64,000 nt of DNA from Eledone cirrhosa (taxonomy: Eukaryota): positions 84,940,001 through 85,004,000 of the forward strand of contig OZ024743.1 in the NCBI GenBank assembly GCA_964016885.1. The letters are read 5' to 3'. Within the stretch, counting starts at the first letter, position 1. The number at the start of each line of letters is the position of its first letter. The position numbers were made by a program, and so were the translations under genes. Below, one piece after another: positions 1 through 13,354 of the stretch. A model generated the notes under the pieces. That model was not told the origin of the DNA. It made no database searches and worked only from the letters and a program-made list of their open reading frames with translations.

Positions 1-223
1 GTGGGTTTCTGGTAGGTAGGGCAGGTATCAGTGGGGTGGGGTGAAACAGGTGTAGTGTACAGCTATCTCATCCATGGTTATACAGCGTGGAGTGGGGTGA
101 AACAGGTGTAGTCTACAGCTATATCACCAGTGACCATGTAGGGTGAGAGTGGGATAGTGGTGAGGTGGGTGGAACAGGTGTTGTGTACAATAAATGAACG
201 TAAATGCTGATTTCTATTTGCAG

Positions 224-402
224 TTTTGACAAAAGTGGAAGATTCTCACATGACCCTCAACGAAAGCGATTTAAATGAAAAGATTGACATAGAAATTAAA
301 GAGACTGAGACATACACATTGTTTGAATTAATTACTACCTGTGTCCTGGAGGATACTGAAGAGGCTAAGTTGGTTGAGAAAAGAAATGAAATTTATCGTG
401 AG
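224..402 (+). CDS. DNAI4: DNAI4 exon a (LTKVEDSH...RNEIYRE)
   Basis: ttgcag acceptor, GAG|gtaaac donor, ends in phase 0. Confidence 0.88.
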
Positions 403-482
403 GTAAACATATTGTATATCTGTTTACAGATATACAATAAACAGATACTGTAAATAGATATTGTATATGTGAAGAGCCAAGT

Positions 483-870
483 TGTGATATAATTATTAGT
501 TATTGTGATATTATCATCTGTTATTGAGATATCATCTGTTATTGAGATATTATCATCTGTTACTGAGATATCATCATCTGTTACTGCGATATCAGCTGTT
601 ACTATGATATCATCATCTGTTATTGTGATATCGTCAACTGTTACTGTAATATCATCATCTGTTACTGTGATATCATCACCTGCTACTGTGATATCATCAA
701 CTGTTATTGTGATATCATCATCTGTTATTGTGATATCGTCAACTGTTACTGTGATATAATCATCTATTGGGATATCATCATCTGTTACTGTGATATCAGC
801 TGTTAATATGATATTATCATCTGTCACTATGTTATCATCATCTGTTATTATGATATTATCTGTTATTGGG
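483..870. repeat. ~21-bp minisatellite (TGTGATATCATCATCTGTTAC-like)
   Basis: Tandem units visible directly; a remnant continues at ~1195-1255. Confidence 0.9.
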
Positions 871-875
871 ATAAC

Positions 876-1020
876 AGGCAGTGAATTGGCAGAGTTGTTA
901 GATACAATGCTTTGCAGTATTTGTTCCAGCACTCTGAGTTCAAATCCTGCTGAGGTAGACTTTGTCTTTCATTCTTTTAAGGTTGATAAAAAGGTACCAG
1001 TCTGATACTGGCATAAATAC
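876..1020 (+). mobile_element. Decayed tRNA-derived SINE with a Nin/Deu-like core. Other copies at ~11500-11730, 12970-13110, 13200-13355, 38670-38990, 39450-39670
   Basis: B-box GAGTTCAAATCC followed by CTTTGCCTTTCATCC..GGGGTTGATAAAATAAAGTACCAGT, repeated across the window. Confidence 0.7.
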
Positions 1021-1339
1021 TTCCTTTCTATCTCTTTTTTTGCTTCACCTCTATCACTCTGTTTTTCCTTCTCTAGAAGAAATCAATTGTGTTCAGACCT
1101 GGAGAAGGGATAGGCTCTACCTGTATATCACACCATATGTCACTATCGTACCCCTACAACTGACCAGGAGTTACGGGTCCATACATATATATTACGATAA
1201 TATCTGTTATTGTGTTATCATTTTTTATTGTGATATCATCATCTGTTATTGTAATAGTGTGTAGTGGAGCATGGTAGAAGGATTGGCAAATGAAAGAACT
1301 CATCTGATGGAGATGGCGATGTGAACACTCCTTCAGTGG

Positions 1340-2180
1340 TCCCCAGATCAACTGGTATGGAAAACATTTAGACTACACTTCCAAGCCTATCTACCTTGAG
1401 GTCACTCTGGACCGGTCCCTTAAATACAAGGACCTTATTGCAAAGACTACAGCCAAGGTGAAATCAAGAAATAACATCTTAAAGAAGCTGGCTAAGACCA
1501 AATGAGGTGCCCATACTGGGTCAATCCACACCACAGCCCTAACACTTTGCTACTCCATAGCAGAATATGCCTCACCAGTGTGGAGCAGATCATCACATGC
1601 AAAGAAAATCAATCCTGCTCTAAACAACTCTTGCAGATCAATCACTGTGTGTCTCAAGCCAACCAAAGTGGATGACCTCTATTTTCTCAGTGGAATTACT
1701 ACCCCTCACATCAGAAGGACAGTCCACTCCCAACTTGAGAAGTTGAAGCAGGAAACTGACCCTCGTCAGCCACTCCAGGGCTGTGAACCAATGACAAAGA
1801 GGCTCAAATAAAGACACAGCTTTAGCTTTCTACACTCAGTTGAACCACTGAACAACAGCTTCTAGTCAGTGCCTGTCCCTGTGGTGCAGCCACCTTAATA
1901 ATGTGGAACACAGGTTCTCTCTAAGCCCTACAGAATCCCTCCCCTGGCCCCAGTGATGCTTGGCCCTTCTGGTCTTGTTTGAATTGCCTCCAAACAGCTG
2001 TTGGTTGCTGTAGAGCAAGGGGGATATGACACCGATGATGATTCCAACTGTCAATTGGCAATTACAAACTATGGAGTACCTTCTAGTTTTCCCCAATGTT
2101 GAAGATTTATGCACGCTTCACCCCAGGCAAGGCTCTCAGCGCAACACTAGATGGGTGTGGTGAGCGACTTGATAAGAAGA
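1340..2180 (+). mobile_element. Decayed 3' part of an Ingi/Vingi-like non-LTR retrotransposon
   Basis: Translates to YLEVTLDRSLKYKDLI..RNNILKKLA..TALTLCYSIAEYASPVWSRSSH with stops; short AAG-type tail. Confidence 0.7.
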
Positions 2181-2292
2181 GATCTGCTATTATGATATCA
2201 TCTGTTATTGTATAGATGCATACACACTCTTTCTTTCTCTCTCTCTACATTATCAGCCACTTCTTCTTCTCACTCTCTCTCTCTCTCTCTCT

Positions 2293-3548
2293 ATCATCAT
2301 CATCATCATCATCATCGTTTAACGTCCATCTTCCACGCTAGCATGGGTTTGGACGGGAATTTTCCCACTTGAGGCAAGAGTGGTTGTCTTGCTCGTATAG
2401 GACTGCCTGGTGGGTTTTCTACGGCTGGATGCCCTTCCTAACACCAACCACGTTTACAGTGTGGACTGGGAGGTTTTTACCGTGTTACCTACATGGCCAC
2501 ATTACAGCGTGGTCTGTGTGTTTTTTTTGTCGTGAAACCTACGCGACCTCATTTGTTTCGGACTGGATTTGTGGTACCAACATAACTTTACATTGGAAGG
2601 GGTGGTGTGGGTAGGGTGGGGGTAATGGGATGGGGGTGTATTTTTGTTAGAGGTGCCTGTTGACTGTAGGTTTCGCTTTGTACTTAGGCAAGGCGGGTCT
2701 TCTGTATTACTGTGTAGCGCCAAAGATCTCGGTCCAGTGACATTGTCTTGGAGAGGTGTAAGTGTGTGAGGTCGGAATTTATCAAGTCGTCCCAGGTTTT
2801 TCTGGGTCTACCTACTCCGTGGCTACCGTCTATTTTTATCGCCCTGCACTTTTTTATACAGCTGTCGTCTTTCATGCGCATCACGTGACCATACCAACGT
2901 AGTCTTCTCTCGAGTAAACAGCATCTGATTCCTCTTATTCCTAATTTCTCCCTTAGTTCGTTTATGCTTTGCCGTTCACGTATATTACTATTACACATCC
3001 AGCGGAGCATGCAAGCTTCGTTCCTCTCCAGTCTGTGTATATCCTCTGCACGCAATGCCCAGGTCTTACTGTCATGCAACATTGCTGTTTGTATGCAGGC
3101 ATCATACAGCCTGCCTTTCAATTTTAGAGAGAACCCTTTAGCGGCCAATAGTGGTATAAGCTCTCTGAACTTTTTCCATCCCGTTCTGACTCTAGTGTCT
3201 GTACTTTCAGAGCACCCTCCACCACTGCTGATTTTGTCACCCAGGTAACGGAAGGTGTCCACTATTTCTATAGAGCCATCTGTGCAATGGAATGAGCTAG
3301 TATTCTGTGGGCACTTGCTGCTACTTATTGCATCAAAGCACCGGCCACATATTAAGTCTATATTCTTAGTTAGCTTACCTGTGATCCCACTACATCTTTT
3401 ATGCACCCATACTTTGCATTTGGGACATAAAATGGAGTTTCTGCCTACTCCTTTCCTACACACTGAGCATGGCCATTTCCCAGATGGGACTGGTGCCCTA
3501 TTTTCCTTCCTACAAACTAGAACTTTAGTCTTAGACAGGTTAATTTTA
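2293..3548 (-). mobile_element. 5'-truncated RTE LINE (family A) with (GAT)n tail
   Basis: ORF 2684-3463 has FRYLGD, RLRWYGHVMR and GRPRKTW; ~370-nt 3' UTR. Confidence 0.92.
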
Positions 3549-3580
<32 letters not shown>

Positions 3581-6500
3581 ATGTGTGTGTTGATTTTATA
3601 TTTATGTATATACATATATATGTATGATTTTATAACCCCATATACATTTAGTTGAGCTCTTTCTATTGTCCATTATCCATATCACAATGGAAAAACAATA
3701 CTTGGGAACCTCTTTAAAGAATATACCAATACCTTCTAAGGATGACTTCTTACTCCTTATGATACAGAAAACTAACCAATTTATCAGAAGAGTTAGATGG
3801 AGGGCCTACCACTTCGATAAAAAATCTAAATATGCAGATAGGAAATATATGTATGATTTCAATACTTACAAGAATCCACCACACAACTCTCTACTTGAAG
3901 ACTTTGAGAAAGACCTTTTTAATTTAATTAAACACCTCAAATTTAAGAAGTATAAATCTGTCTTTCAAAAGGACCTTGATTCTACCCTATTGGACCTAAA
4001 AAAGTCTAAAAAAATCCATGTCCACTCGGATAAAACTGGAAACTTGTATCACATGGATATTGAAGATTATAATGAGTTCATATATAAAGAACTCAGGAAA
4101 AACTATAAAAAATCTAATAATGCGTCACTCACCAACATCAACAACAAAACACAACATAGTAAAAAAACTAAACATTGAAGATAGAACTGAACCTTTGGCA
4201 TTGAAAAGACCACACTTCAACCTGAAGGATCATAAATCAAACTTTAACTCAAATCCTTCTATAAGACTTATATGTCCCTCCAAATCTGATATTGGAATAA
4301 TTAGCAAAAAAATTTTGGATAGAGTCATCCCACAAATAAGAAAACATGTTAATTTACCACTCTGGGAAAACACTTCCCAGGTAATTAACTAGTTTAAAAA
4401 TATTAGATGTAAATCTTCTGCTTCATTTCTACAATTTGATATAGATAATTACTATTCTTCTATATCACCTATACTCCTGAACAAAGCTTTGATATTTGCT
4501 AAAAATAGATCTAACTTAACTTTGGATGACATTAATATTATTACACATGCTAGACTAACACTTATTGAATTTCAGAATGAATACTGGACCAGAAACACAT
4601 ATAGTAATCTATTTGATATTACTATGGGTTCAAGCGATTCTGCCCAAATTACTGATCTTGTGGGCCTCTTTCTTCTTTTCAACATAAATGCTTCCTTTCC
4701 CCACCTTAAAGGTGGTTTATATCGTGATGACTGTCTTCTTCTTTCCAACAACCTTAGCCTCTCAGAAATAGAAAAAAACAAAAAGCTTATTAGAACTTTC
4801 CTTAAAGACTATTATAGTCTTCATATTACTTTTGAAAACACAAGTAAAGTAGTTAATTTCCTAGATATAACTTTAGACTTAGCTACGGGTATCTACCAAC
4901 CTTACCATAAACCCAACCAAAACTTACACTACATACACTCACAATCTAATCACCCTAAATCTATCCTTAAAAACCTTGCATATAATATATCACTTAGAAT
5001 TTCTAACCTTTCGTCTAACCAAGATGTATTTGATAAAAATGCGACCTTCTATAACGAAGCTCTAGATAGAAGTGGCCACAAAAATAGATTAGAATATATA
5101 CCTTCTACTAAAAATACTATAAACATACAACCTAATATTACCAACAAACACCAAATGAAAAGTACACACCTAAATGCCACCCACACTATACCCCAAAATA
5201 CCAACAACTCCTCTAATATAAAGTATAGTAACTCTCAAAAAACTACTCATCATACAACTCTAATAAATGTTAATAATAAAACTCCTAATAAACAAGATAA
5301 AACACCTAAATCAATAAATCTAACTAAAAATGTGCGTGGTGAGGTCATTAACATTAATCCTCCTAGTAAACATCACGATACAACCTATAAAAATAATAAA
5401 CAACATAGAAACCGTAATAGACGAGTTACTTGGTATAATGCTCCATTTAATTTACAAATTAAGGATAATATTGCTAAAATATTTTTTTATATCCTAGAGA
5501 AAAACTTCCCGCCAAACCATCAAATCTTAAATAGGTCAACAGTTAAATTCTCATACTCAACAACCAAAAACATAAAACAAAATATAAGTGCCTATAATGC
5601 ATATAAATGTAAAAAAACCATAAGTATACCACCAATACATCAAACTAACCATAATATCTCCTCAAATACAGAATTAACGAAAGGTTGTAACTGTAGAAAC
5701 AAAGCAAACTGCCCATTAAAAGGAAATTGTCTTGTTAACAACATAGTTTATAAATGTAAAGTTAAAACTAAAGATTCTATTTGCTCATATATAGGAGCTA
5801 CTTCTAACAATTTTAAGGTAAGGTTTAATACCCACAAACATAGTTTTAAAAATGCCGCACTGGCTAATACAACATCTCTAGCAGAAAAAATTAATAGTTA
5901 TAGAAATAAGAATATAGAATATGATATGACCTGGAGTGTGCTCAAAAGAGCCACCCCTTATCAAAATAATAGAAATGAATGTAGATTATGTTCCCAAGAA
6001 CTATTTGAAATAATGAAATCTAAGGATATCCTATTAAATAAGCGACAGGAATTAATTATATCGTGTAATCATAAACTGAGAAAAACATTTAAATATTATA
6101 AACCTAATTAATAATATATATTTTAGAAATTAATATATAATTTAATTTAAATGTAGTTAACCTATAAATTTAATTTAATTAAAATTCTAATACAGATGAG
6201 ATTAAAAAATATTGTGTAATCATAAATAGTGAAAAACTTTTAAATATTATTAACATAATTAATATATACTTTGTAAATTAATTTATAGATTAATTTTAGT
6301 TTATTTAACCTTTTATTAAAATTCCTTTACAGATGAAATATAACAAAATATCGTGTAATCAATAACAGAGAAATATTTTTTAATATTATAAACCTAATTA
6401 ATGTACAATTTAGAAACTTATTTATAAATTAATTTTAATTTAGTTAACCTATAATTTTAATTTAATTAGCTTAAAATTAAAATTCCAATACAGATGGATT

Positions 6501-7239
6501 GCAGAATATCATGTAATCATAAACTGAGATAAATTTTTAAATATATACCTAATTAATATATTCTTTACAATTAAATATATATATATATATATATCATCAT
6601 CATCATCATCACCGTTTTACGTCCGTTCTTCCACGCTAGCATGGGTTAGACGGGTTGTCCTGTTGTGGGCAGTGTCTGGTCGGCTGATATATATATATTA
6701 TTTTTAATTTTTGTTAACCTATAATTATATTCTACTATAGATAAAATACAAAATCTGCTTTAATTATTATAAACCTAATTAACATATACTATAGAAATTA
6801 ATATATAATTTTTTAATTTAGTTAACCTATAATTTATATTCTACTACCGATGAAATACTTGATTTGGTTTTCCCTATTACTAAATTCATTTCCTAATATT
6901 GATACCATAATGTTAATATTTTAATTTAGTTATGATATAATTAATACTCTACTACTGTTTAACTTCAAAATTCCGCTTCAAATATTATAAACCTAAGTAG
7001 TATACACCTTAGAAATCAATATATTAACTAATTTTAATTTAGTTAACCTTTAATTAATAGTCTACTTATATTAAAATGCATAATTTTGCCTTCTTTCTTA
7101 CATTTCCTAATACTGAAACTACTATGTAAACATATATTATGATCTAAATGCAGATTAATATTCTATGTTCCTTGAAACCTATATTTACTATTTCCCACTA
7201 ATAATTTTAATCCCCCCCCCCCCCATAATTATTTGTATT

Positions 7240-7343
7240 TGTAAGCGTGGATGAATGTATGTGTATGTAAGTAGGTATGTATGTTTGGGTGTTTATATGT
7301 GAGTATAAAAATACATATGTGTGCATGTAAATAAGTGTCTATG

Positions 7344-7386
<43 letters not shown>

Positions 7387-7590
7387 ATATATGTATATAT
7401 ATGTATATATATGTGTGTGTATATATATGTCTATATATAAGTATGTGTGTATGTATATATGTATGTGTGCGTGTGTATGTGTGTATATATATTTGTAGAG
7501 ATGTGTGTATGTATATATATATATATGTGTGCATAATTGTCTGACTGTGTATTTATTTATTTATTTATTTATTTTTTATATATATTTATA

Positions 7591-7641
<51 letters not shown>

Positions 7642-7658
7642 ATATACATTTATGTGTA

Positions 7659-7703
<45 letters not shown>

Positions 7704-8640
7704 ATATGTGTGTATGTATATCTCTTTATGTATGTCTGAGTTGTTGAGCGTGTGGTTGTATGTGTATATACATACATGGATATGTGTATGTGTGTGTATA
7801 TATACGTATATGTGTGTGTGTGTGTATATATATATGTGTGTGTATGTATATATATATGTATATATGTGTGTATATATATGTGTCTGTATGTATATATGTG
7901 TATATATATATGTGTGTGTATGTGTGTGTACATATATGTGTATATATGTATGTGTGTTGTGAATATATGTATATATATATGTGTGTTTGTATGTGTGTCT
8001 ATGTATTTATATATGTATATGTATGTGTCTCTATGTATGTATGTGTGTATGTATATGTGTGTATATGTATGTGTATATATATATATATATATATATGTAT
8101 ATGTGTATGTGTATATATATATATATGTATATCGGTGTGTATTTTATGTATGAGTATATATTTTACTTGTTTATATTTTTTTTAATATATTTCTTTTTAT
8201 TTCTAAATTTATAGATACATTTTATAAATAGGCAGTTCTCTGACACCCTTAGTAACTACTGACCCCCTTACCCACTTCTGCATTTGGATGTAAAAATATA
8301 TGTGGCAGTGTTTATGTGTGCGCCTAAATATCCATATAGTTATAATAATAATATATACATATGTGTGTGTGTGTGTGTGTGTGTGTGAGTGTGTGTGTGT
8401 ATGTTCGTGGGTATGTGTATGTTTATGTGTATATGCGCGTGTGTGTGTGAATGTATATATATGTGTGTATATATGAATCTATATATGTTTATATGCGTAT
8501 GTGTATTTTATCTAGATTATAAACATACAGAGACATTAGCCCTGAATTTTTGTATTTACATACATTTTTTCGACATGCGTATGCATGTGAACATATATTT
8601 TTATGCATATCTGTGAACGAAGTTACTTACATATATACAC
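7240..8640. repeat. Compound (TA)n/(TG)n microsatellite. Others at 8965-9025, 37780-37930, 51503-51752, 56497-56550
   Basis: Dinucleotide runs seen directly. Confidence 0.95.
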
Positions 8641-8751
8641 ACACCTAACTGTATTTTCTTGATATATTTTTGTGTATTTCATTGGTCAATTTGAACTCTG
8701 TTCCCAAACAGACCTGTAATTTTGAATTGTTGTTATTATCAATAAATATAT

Positions 8752-8904
8752 TTCATTATTTCTGAAGACGGCATATGTATGTGTTGGTATGTATATTATA
8801 TTTGATAATTTGTATAATTTTGTATAATTTTGTACATAGATCTGTTGAATATGCATACCAATTCTAACACATATATGTCCTAGAAACGATCGTTAAATAA
8901 TGAA
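8752..8904 (+). ncRNA. Type I hammerhead ribozyme motif with long stem II
   Basis: TTCATTATTT-CTGAAGA-(~115-nt hairpin)-GAAAC-GATC-GTT-AAATAATGAA; 10-bp stem I. Confidence 0.75.
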
Positions 8905-8958
8905 CTTTTTTTGTTTAATATAAGGAACTGTTTCATTGTTTTATTCATTATTTTTTTA

Positions 8959-9028
<70 letters not shown>

Positions 9029-9195
9029 CATGACTTTTCCATCTACCCCCTTCTTCTGATAACTATATTAAAGTTATGTGATTAGAATGTCTAAGGAAAG
9101 AATCACAGGACAGATTTACAGGTAAAGCCAACTAGCAGGATACCGAAGAATCCTGGTGAGACTTAGTAAAATAACAAGCTAATCTTTAGAACATA

Positions 9196-10180
9196 TTTAG
9201 CAGCATAGTGTACAATGATAGAAAAAAAATGAATTTCCATATAATACAGTTTAAAAAAAATAAATGTCCAAAATAAATGCCTGAAAAAAAAGGAAGAAAG
9301 AAAGAATTGTTTCTTTTCTTTTAACAAAAATTTTGCTTTTCTCTTCTTTGAAATTTCTTTGGGATCGCTCTTACTAAGGAGCTAGTAGAGTTGTTGTTGT
9401 TGTTAAAGCAAAGTCACAATGAATCTTCTGTAGAGTCGAAGTCGAGCGTTGAAGAACCTAGAGTCACCAATATGGCAACCACGTCTGACGCCATAGTGGT
9501 GAGAAGACTAATGTCTTAATTTCTCGAGTCCTTGTGGTAATGAGACAGACGGTATGGTGGTTGCGTCGGTAAAGTTACAAGCCATTCTCTGGTGTTGGTT
9601 AATAGTTAGCCATGTGTTGCTGCTGATGGCTGGTACTTGGTGGTAGCCGTTTTGAAATTTCGTCGTGGCGTATATTTTTTTTTTTTTTTTTTTTTTTTTA
9701 CCGCATACACTGCCAATTTTAATTTTATTTCAAAAGGAATATTTTGAACTGAAAATATTCATCACGTCGGGTTCACCACTTTTAGCAGCATAGTGTATAA
9801 ATGTTTTTGAGACACGAGTAACATAATAATGATGTCAACAGCAGAAATTAGAGATGAAATGTATGTTTATTTTTGTTGTAGCACAAATAATGTTTGTTAA
9901 CTTGTATGGTTGAAGTTACACATAAAATGAGGTTACAAAATGGAATGTGCCATTGTGCCGGAAAGCCGGCAGGCCAAAGTGCAAAATCTCACCGTCACAT
10001 GTTGTACATGTTGCTGGTTCGAAGTTCCGGGTGCGAGAGAGAGATTCTTCAAATCTTCGCGGGGATTTTCTCCCTCAGGGCGCATAGGGATACATCCTCT
10101 TCTACTGCCGCTGATTGGCTGAGCTGAGCCAAATCACGCACAGAGAATGTATGTGAGCCCGCGGAATGTAGGTCACTACA
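9196..10180 (-). mobile_element. Deleted non-coding LTR retrotransposon: 5' LTR 9781-10180, tRNA-Trp PBS 9761-9778, 3' LTR reduced to ~20 bp
   Basis: LTR begins TGTAGTGACC; PBS TGGTGAACCCGACGTGAT; TTTAGCAGCATAGTGTA occurs at both 9196 and 9781; 4-bp TSD CATA. Confidence 0.75.
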
Positions 10181-10544
10181 CATACATACCAAAAATGTTT
10201 TTAAATACAATTATGATGGAGGGTTCTTATTTTGATATGAGCACTTTAAAATGGACAGCCCTCTGATTTTATTGTCATAATAAAATACACCCAGTGCACT
10301 CTGTAAAGCTTTAGTGCTGGTGCCATGATAGAATGCACCCAATATACTCTGTGAAATGGTGGTGCTGGTGCCATGATAGAATGCACCCAGCACACACTGT
10401 AAAATAATGGTAATGCTGGTGCCATGATAAAATACACCCAGTACACATTGTAAATGGTAATGTTGGTGCTATTATTAAAATATTTTCATCAATGTCACTT
10501 TATTTTGTTCCTTCAATATATCTTTTTTTATTAATATATTTCAG

Positions 10545-10652
10545 TTGGTGGGAAACCGAGATGGCAATGATCGTTATATATCGAAGGGAGTGAATACTTT
10601 CAATGATGCCCGTAAACTGAAATTTGTACAGACTATGCCTATCAAACTAGTG
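10545..10652 (+). CDS. DNAI4: DNAI4 exon b (LVGNRDGNDRYISKGVNTFNDARKLKFVQTMPIKLV)
   Basis: tttcag acceptor, GTG|gttagt donor, 108 nt, phase 0/0; resembles WDR78 RLGNDLY..QTFN. Confidence 0.88.
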
Positions 10653-11778
10653 GTTAGTTAATGTTTGACTTTTGTTTTTGTAAACAATGTGTTGGACAGT
10701 TGAAAACAAGGATTGACATGATCAAGTTTGATCTTGAGCTAATATCTGATCCTCACATATATGGTGTCTGCTGTTGGAACTATGAGTGGCTGATAATATT
10801 TGTGTTGGATGTTTGTGATCACCATACATAGGTGGTTTTTGATTGCAATGTTATGGATACACCATATATAGACACCATATATTCTGTTATGGAGCCAGTA
10901 TATATATATATGGTATCTATTGTTGAGATTGTGATAGGCTAAAAATATCTACATTCTGTGCTTGCTGTGTATGGGTGATCTCTATTTGTGATGCTATAGG
11001 TGTATTGGTTGGAGCCAGTATATATATGGTATTTGCAGTTGGAATCATGATTGGCGGACAATATCTACATCAGATGTCTGTGGTTGCTGTGTATGGGTGA
11101 CCTCTGTGATGTTATGGATACACTGGTTGGAGCTAGTATATATAGTGTTTGTTGTTGAAATCACGATGGCTGACAATATCTGCATCATACACCTGTGATC
11201 ACCATACATAGGCTCCTTCTGTTTGCAATGTTGTGGAGATACTGATTGTAGCCTCTATATATGGTGTCTTGTTGGGATCCTGACTGTCTGACAATATCTG
11301 GACATCTATGATTGTTTGTGATGTTAAAGCATTTGCTGGAGATTGCTCAACCCACCTTGAGTGAACACCAATACAAGTACAAGTTAGTACCAGTTAAATA
11401 CTGGGGTTAATTTAATCTACTAACCCCACATCACAGCACAGCACAACGCATTTCTTGTGTTATGCCTATGTTAGAAACAATTATTATTATGATTATAAAA
11501 ATGGGTGGTGGATTAGCAATATTGGTAGGGTGTTGGACAACATGCCTAGCAGCATAGTTATGTTATGAGTTCAAATCCTGCTGAGGTTAGCTTTGCTTTA
11601 TGAGGTTGATAAAATAAAGTACTTTGCTTTACAGGGTTGATAAAATAAAGCACCAGTACTGCACTGGGGTTGATTTAATCAACTTTCCCCTCCCCACAAA
11701 ATTGTTGGCTTTGTACCTAAATCAGAAACCATCATGATTATAAAAATGAGATTTTCTTTGTTTGTTTTTTCTCTGAAG

Positions 11779-11845
11779 GATACTGGAGCACAGGCATCTT
11801 GTTGGGATATGTATGATGTATATCGAATGAATAAGAAAGAAGTTT
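11779..11845 (+). CDS. DNAI4: DNAI4 exon c (DTGAQASCWDMYDVYRMNKKEV)
   Basis: Pyrimidine tract plus gaag acceptor, |gtaagt donor, phase 0/1; WDxYD motif. Confidence 0.88.
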
Positions 11846-11962
11846 GTAAGTGAAATTTATTTCTCCTACACTAATAAATATGACAGAGCAGTGGCCTTCT
11901 CTCTCTCCTTGACCTCGTGTCTCCATCCAGTCCGTCCTTCATGACAGGCAGTGTGAAAGTAG

Positions 11963-12155
11963 TTAACCCTTTAGCATTTAAACCGGCTGTATCCTACCGG
12001 ATTTCTCTCACCTCTTTCTGTTCAAACTGGTTGTAACTGGCTGCTCATACTGATGTAAAGGTATTGTTCTCAAAATAAATAACATCATTAAAATCTCATA
12101 GATTTGATATTATCTGAGATAAAGCCTTTACCACGAAAATACAATAGTATATACA
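11963..12155. mobile_element. piggyBac-like MITE, truncated copy
   Basis: TTAA-CCCTTTAGCATTTA end; body matches the copies at 15822 and 54880. Confidence 0.7.
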
Positions 12156-12294
12156 GAACAGTATCTTACCCCATATCTTCTCCTTTCCCTTAGAAACTAA
12201 ATCAAAATATGGAATGTATAAGCAAGGTGTTGTATTTGAACCATCTTGTCTCCAACTGTGGCAACCCATCTAATCCATGCCAGCATGGAAATCA

Positions 12295-12552
12295 TTTCAT
12301 CATTTCATTTTATGTCCGCTTTTTCCCTGCTTGCAAGGGTGGGACAGGAACTGATTCTGGCTTGATTTCTACAGCTGGATGCCCTTCCTAACACCAACCT
12401 CATTTACAGTAAGTGCTGGGTGCTTTTTTGCCGTGGCACCTCCACAACCACTTTGCAGTGGAATGATATGGACCCCAGTCCCTATCATCTCATTTCTACA
12501 GCTGAGTAAACTGGAGCAATGTGAAATAAAGTGTCTTGCTCAAGGAAACAAC
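12295..12552 (-). mobile_element. Partial CORE-type SINE with RTE tail
   Basis: Nearly identical to 57570-57815. Confidence 0.8.
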
Positions 12553-13354
12553 GTGAACATAAAATGATGATGAATATTATACGTGTATTGTAAGAAAATG
12601 TAATTCTTCATACCAAATGTATGCCTTTCCCTTACATAAGCTGGAAAAGGCACACATAAATAATTTTTCTTGGATATTTCACCACATACTAGGGTGGTGG
12701 ATTGGCAGAATTGGTGGACCATTGATAAAATACCCTTGTGGTATTTGTTCTGGCTCCTGACATTCATCATCATCACCATTTAACATCCATTTTTTCATGT
12801 TAGCATGGGTTAGATGAGTTGTCTCGTTGTGATACAAGGCAGGTCAGATGACCGTGTCTTGCTTATACAGAACTGATTTTGGTTTGGTTCTATGGCTGGA
12901 TGCCCTTCCTAATGCCAACCACATTTGCAGTGTGTACTGGGTGCTTTTTGTCATGACACCTACACAATACTGAGTTCAAATCCTGTTGAGGTCAACTTTG
13001 CCTTTCAGCCTTCTGGGGTTGAAATAAAATATCAGTCAATTACTGGAATTGATTTAATCAACTTTTCCCTTCCCCCAAAGTTGCTGGTCTTGTGTCTAAA
13101 TTAGAAATCAATATTTCACAAAACATCACTTCTGGTGAATATCAAGGGTTGTTGCAGTTTTTAAAAAATTATCCTTAAAAAAGATGAGATTAATCTTTGA
13201 GGCTGTGAGTTGGCAGAGTCATTAGAACGTCAGAATGTTTAGCAATATTTCTTCCAGCTCCTCACTGCTTTGAGTTCAAAATGCACTGAGGTCAAATTTG
13301 CCTTTCATCCTTTTGGGGTTGATAAAAATATATCACTCTAGTACTGAGATCGAT

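Larger units (their letters stand above)
3581..8970 (+). mobile_element. Near full-length Penelope-like element, probably Naiad-type (RT + GIY-YIG), with one frameshift and one stop
   Basis: ORF pieces 3687-4178, 4018-4392 and 4489-6111 contain DKTGN, FDIDNYYSSI, MGS, YRDD, FLDITL, a CNCRNKANC (CxCx5C) motif and IVYKC..YIG. A hammerhead lies at the 3' end; (TA)n on both flanks. The Naiad call rests on my recollection of the CxCx5C motif. Confidence 0.88.

Noticed and set aside
393-932. 179-aa Asp/Ile/Thr ORF
   Set aside because: Translation of the 21-bp minisatellite.
4390-4392. Recoded stop (selenocysteine) in the Penelope ORF
   Set aside because: The codon is TAG at a probable Trp, not TGA at a Cys.
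7229-8616. Many Tyr/Ile/Val/Cys ORFs (also 37653-37995 and 51364-51812)
   Set aside because: Dinucleotide microsatellite artefacts.
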